In this document: positions 63,635 to 64,000 of the stretch, piece by piece
Layout of the letters: each line of letters opens with the position of its first letter
Position numbering within the stretch: the first letter of the stretch is position 1
Source of the DNA: Mobula hypostoma
Lineage: Eukaryota
DNA length: 64,000 nucleotides
Assembly: GCF_963921235.1 (NCBI RefSeq)
Contig: NC_086118.1
Location: 28,584,001-28,648,000, forward strand
Reading direction: 5' to 3'
Made by a program: the position numbers and the translations under genes
The notes under the pieces: model-generated
Databases searched by the model: none
The model's input: only the letters and a program-made list of their open reading frames with translations
Told to the model about the DNA's origin: nothing

Positions 63635-63902
63635 CTGTTCTGAATTGTTTGTATCTACTGCAAAACACAACTGTGTTGAGCCAGTCTTCGCAATGCTGTT
63701 CTCACAGATAAGCCAATTTAGACAGTAACCTTTGCGTATTCATTGTTAACCATAGATTTTGTGCACAAATAACTGTTGACCATAAGCCTTACCCTACCTT
63801 TGAAAGAAAATCCCAACGCAAAATATCATCATGCTACCAGATGAAACAGCTTACAATGGTTGTATTTTATACTTTGATTATAATTCTGTTAATGTTCCTC
63901 AG

Positions 63903-64000
63903 GACTCACATGCAGAACCTCAAGGATGTAACCAGCACCATTCACTATGAAGCGTACAGAGTTCAGCGGCTGAGTGAGGGGAATGGGATTTCCAATGGAT
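63903..64000 (+). CDS. SEPTIN9: Septin-9 exon I, probably last coding exon (runs off window)
   Basis: CTCAG acceptor; THMQNLKDVTSTIHYEAYRVQRLSEGNGISNG.. Confidence 0.92.

Noticed and set aside
63353..63728. Recurring short ORFs MLVNAAGQAASLGRGTVDVSGRDPSS (also at 6253, 46281 and opposite-frame versions)
   Set aside because: Translations of the non-coding Penelope terminal repeat, with non-ATG starts; not a gene family.
1..64000. CRISPR array, prokaryotic operon or viral gene cassette
   Set aside because: No regularly spaced repeats or dense ORFs; content is a spliced vertebrate gene with TE-rich introns.

Overview
Eukaryotic (vertebrate) genomic DNA, very probably from an elasmobranch (ray/shark), judging from HE1/V-SINE-like, Deu-domain SINE, CR1, Rex1/Babar and Penelope repeats. 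The whole window lies inside one + strand gene, a SEPTIN9 orthologue. Nine coding exons (1011-1199 to 63903->64000) with GT-AG splice sites and matching phases reconstruct the septin GTPase domain. The introns hold many nested retrotransposons: a full-length L1 with a 15-bp TSD, CR1, Rex1/Babar, Penelope-like elements, a U2-headed Keno/Tx1-like element, a HERO-like RLE element, RTE-related non-autonomous elements and SINEs, plus two MITEs. The most notable signals are three types of candidate self-cleaving RNA carried by these elements. (1) An apparently non-circularly permuted, pseudoknotted hammerhead with a k-turn fills the HERO 3'UTR (52690-52807, minus). (2) Minimal dimer-type hammerheads sit in Penelope termini, including a TSD-flanked palindrome. 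(3) A possible HDV-like fold lies at the 5' end of an RTE-related element. All folds were derived by eye and are untested. TE family names come from motif recognition, not database searches, and many TE boundaries are approximate.
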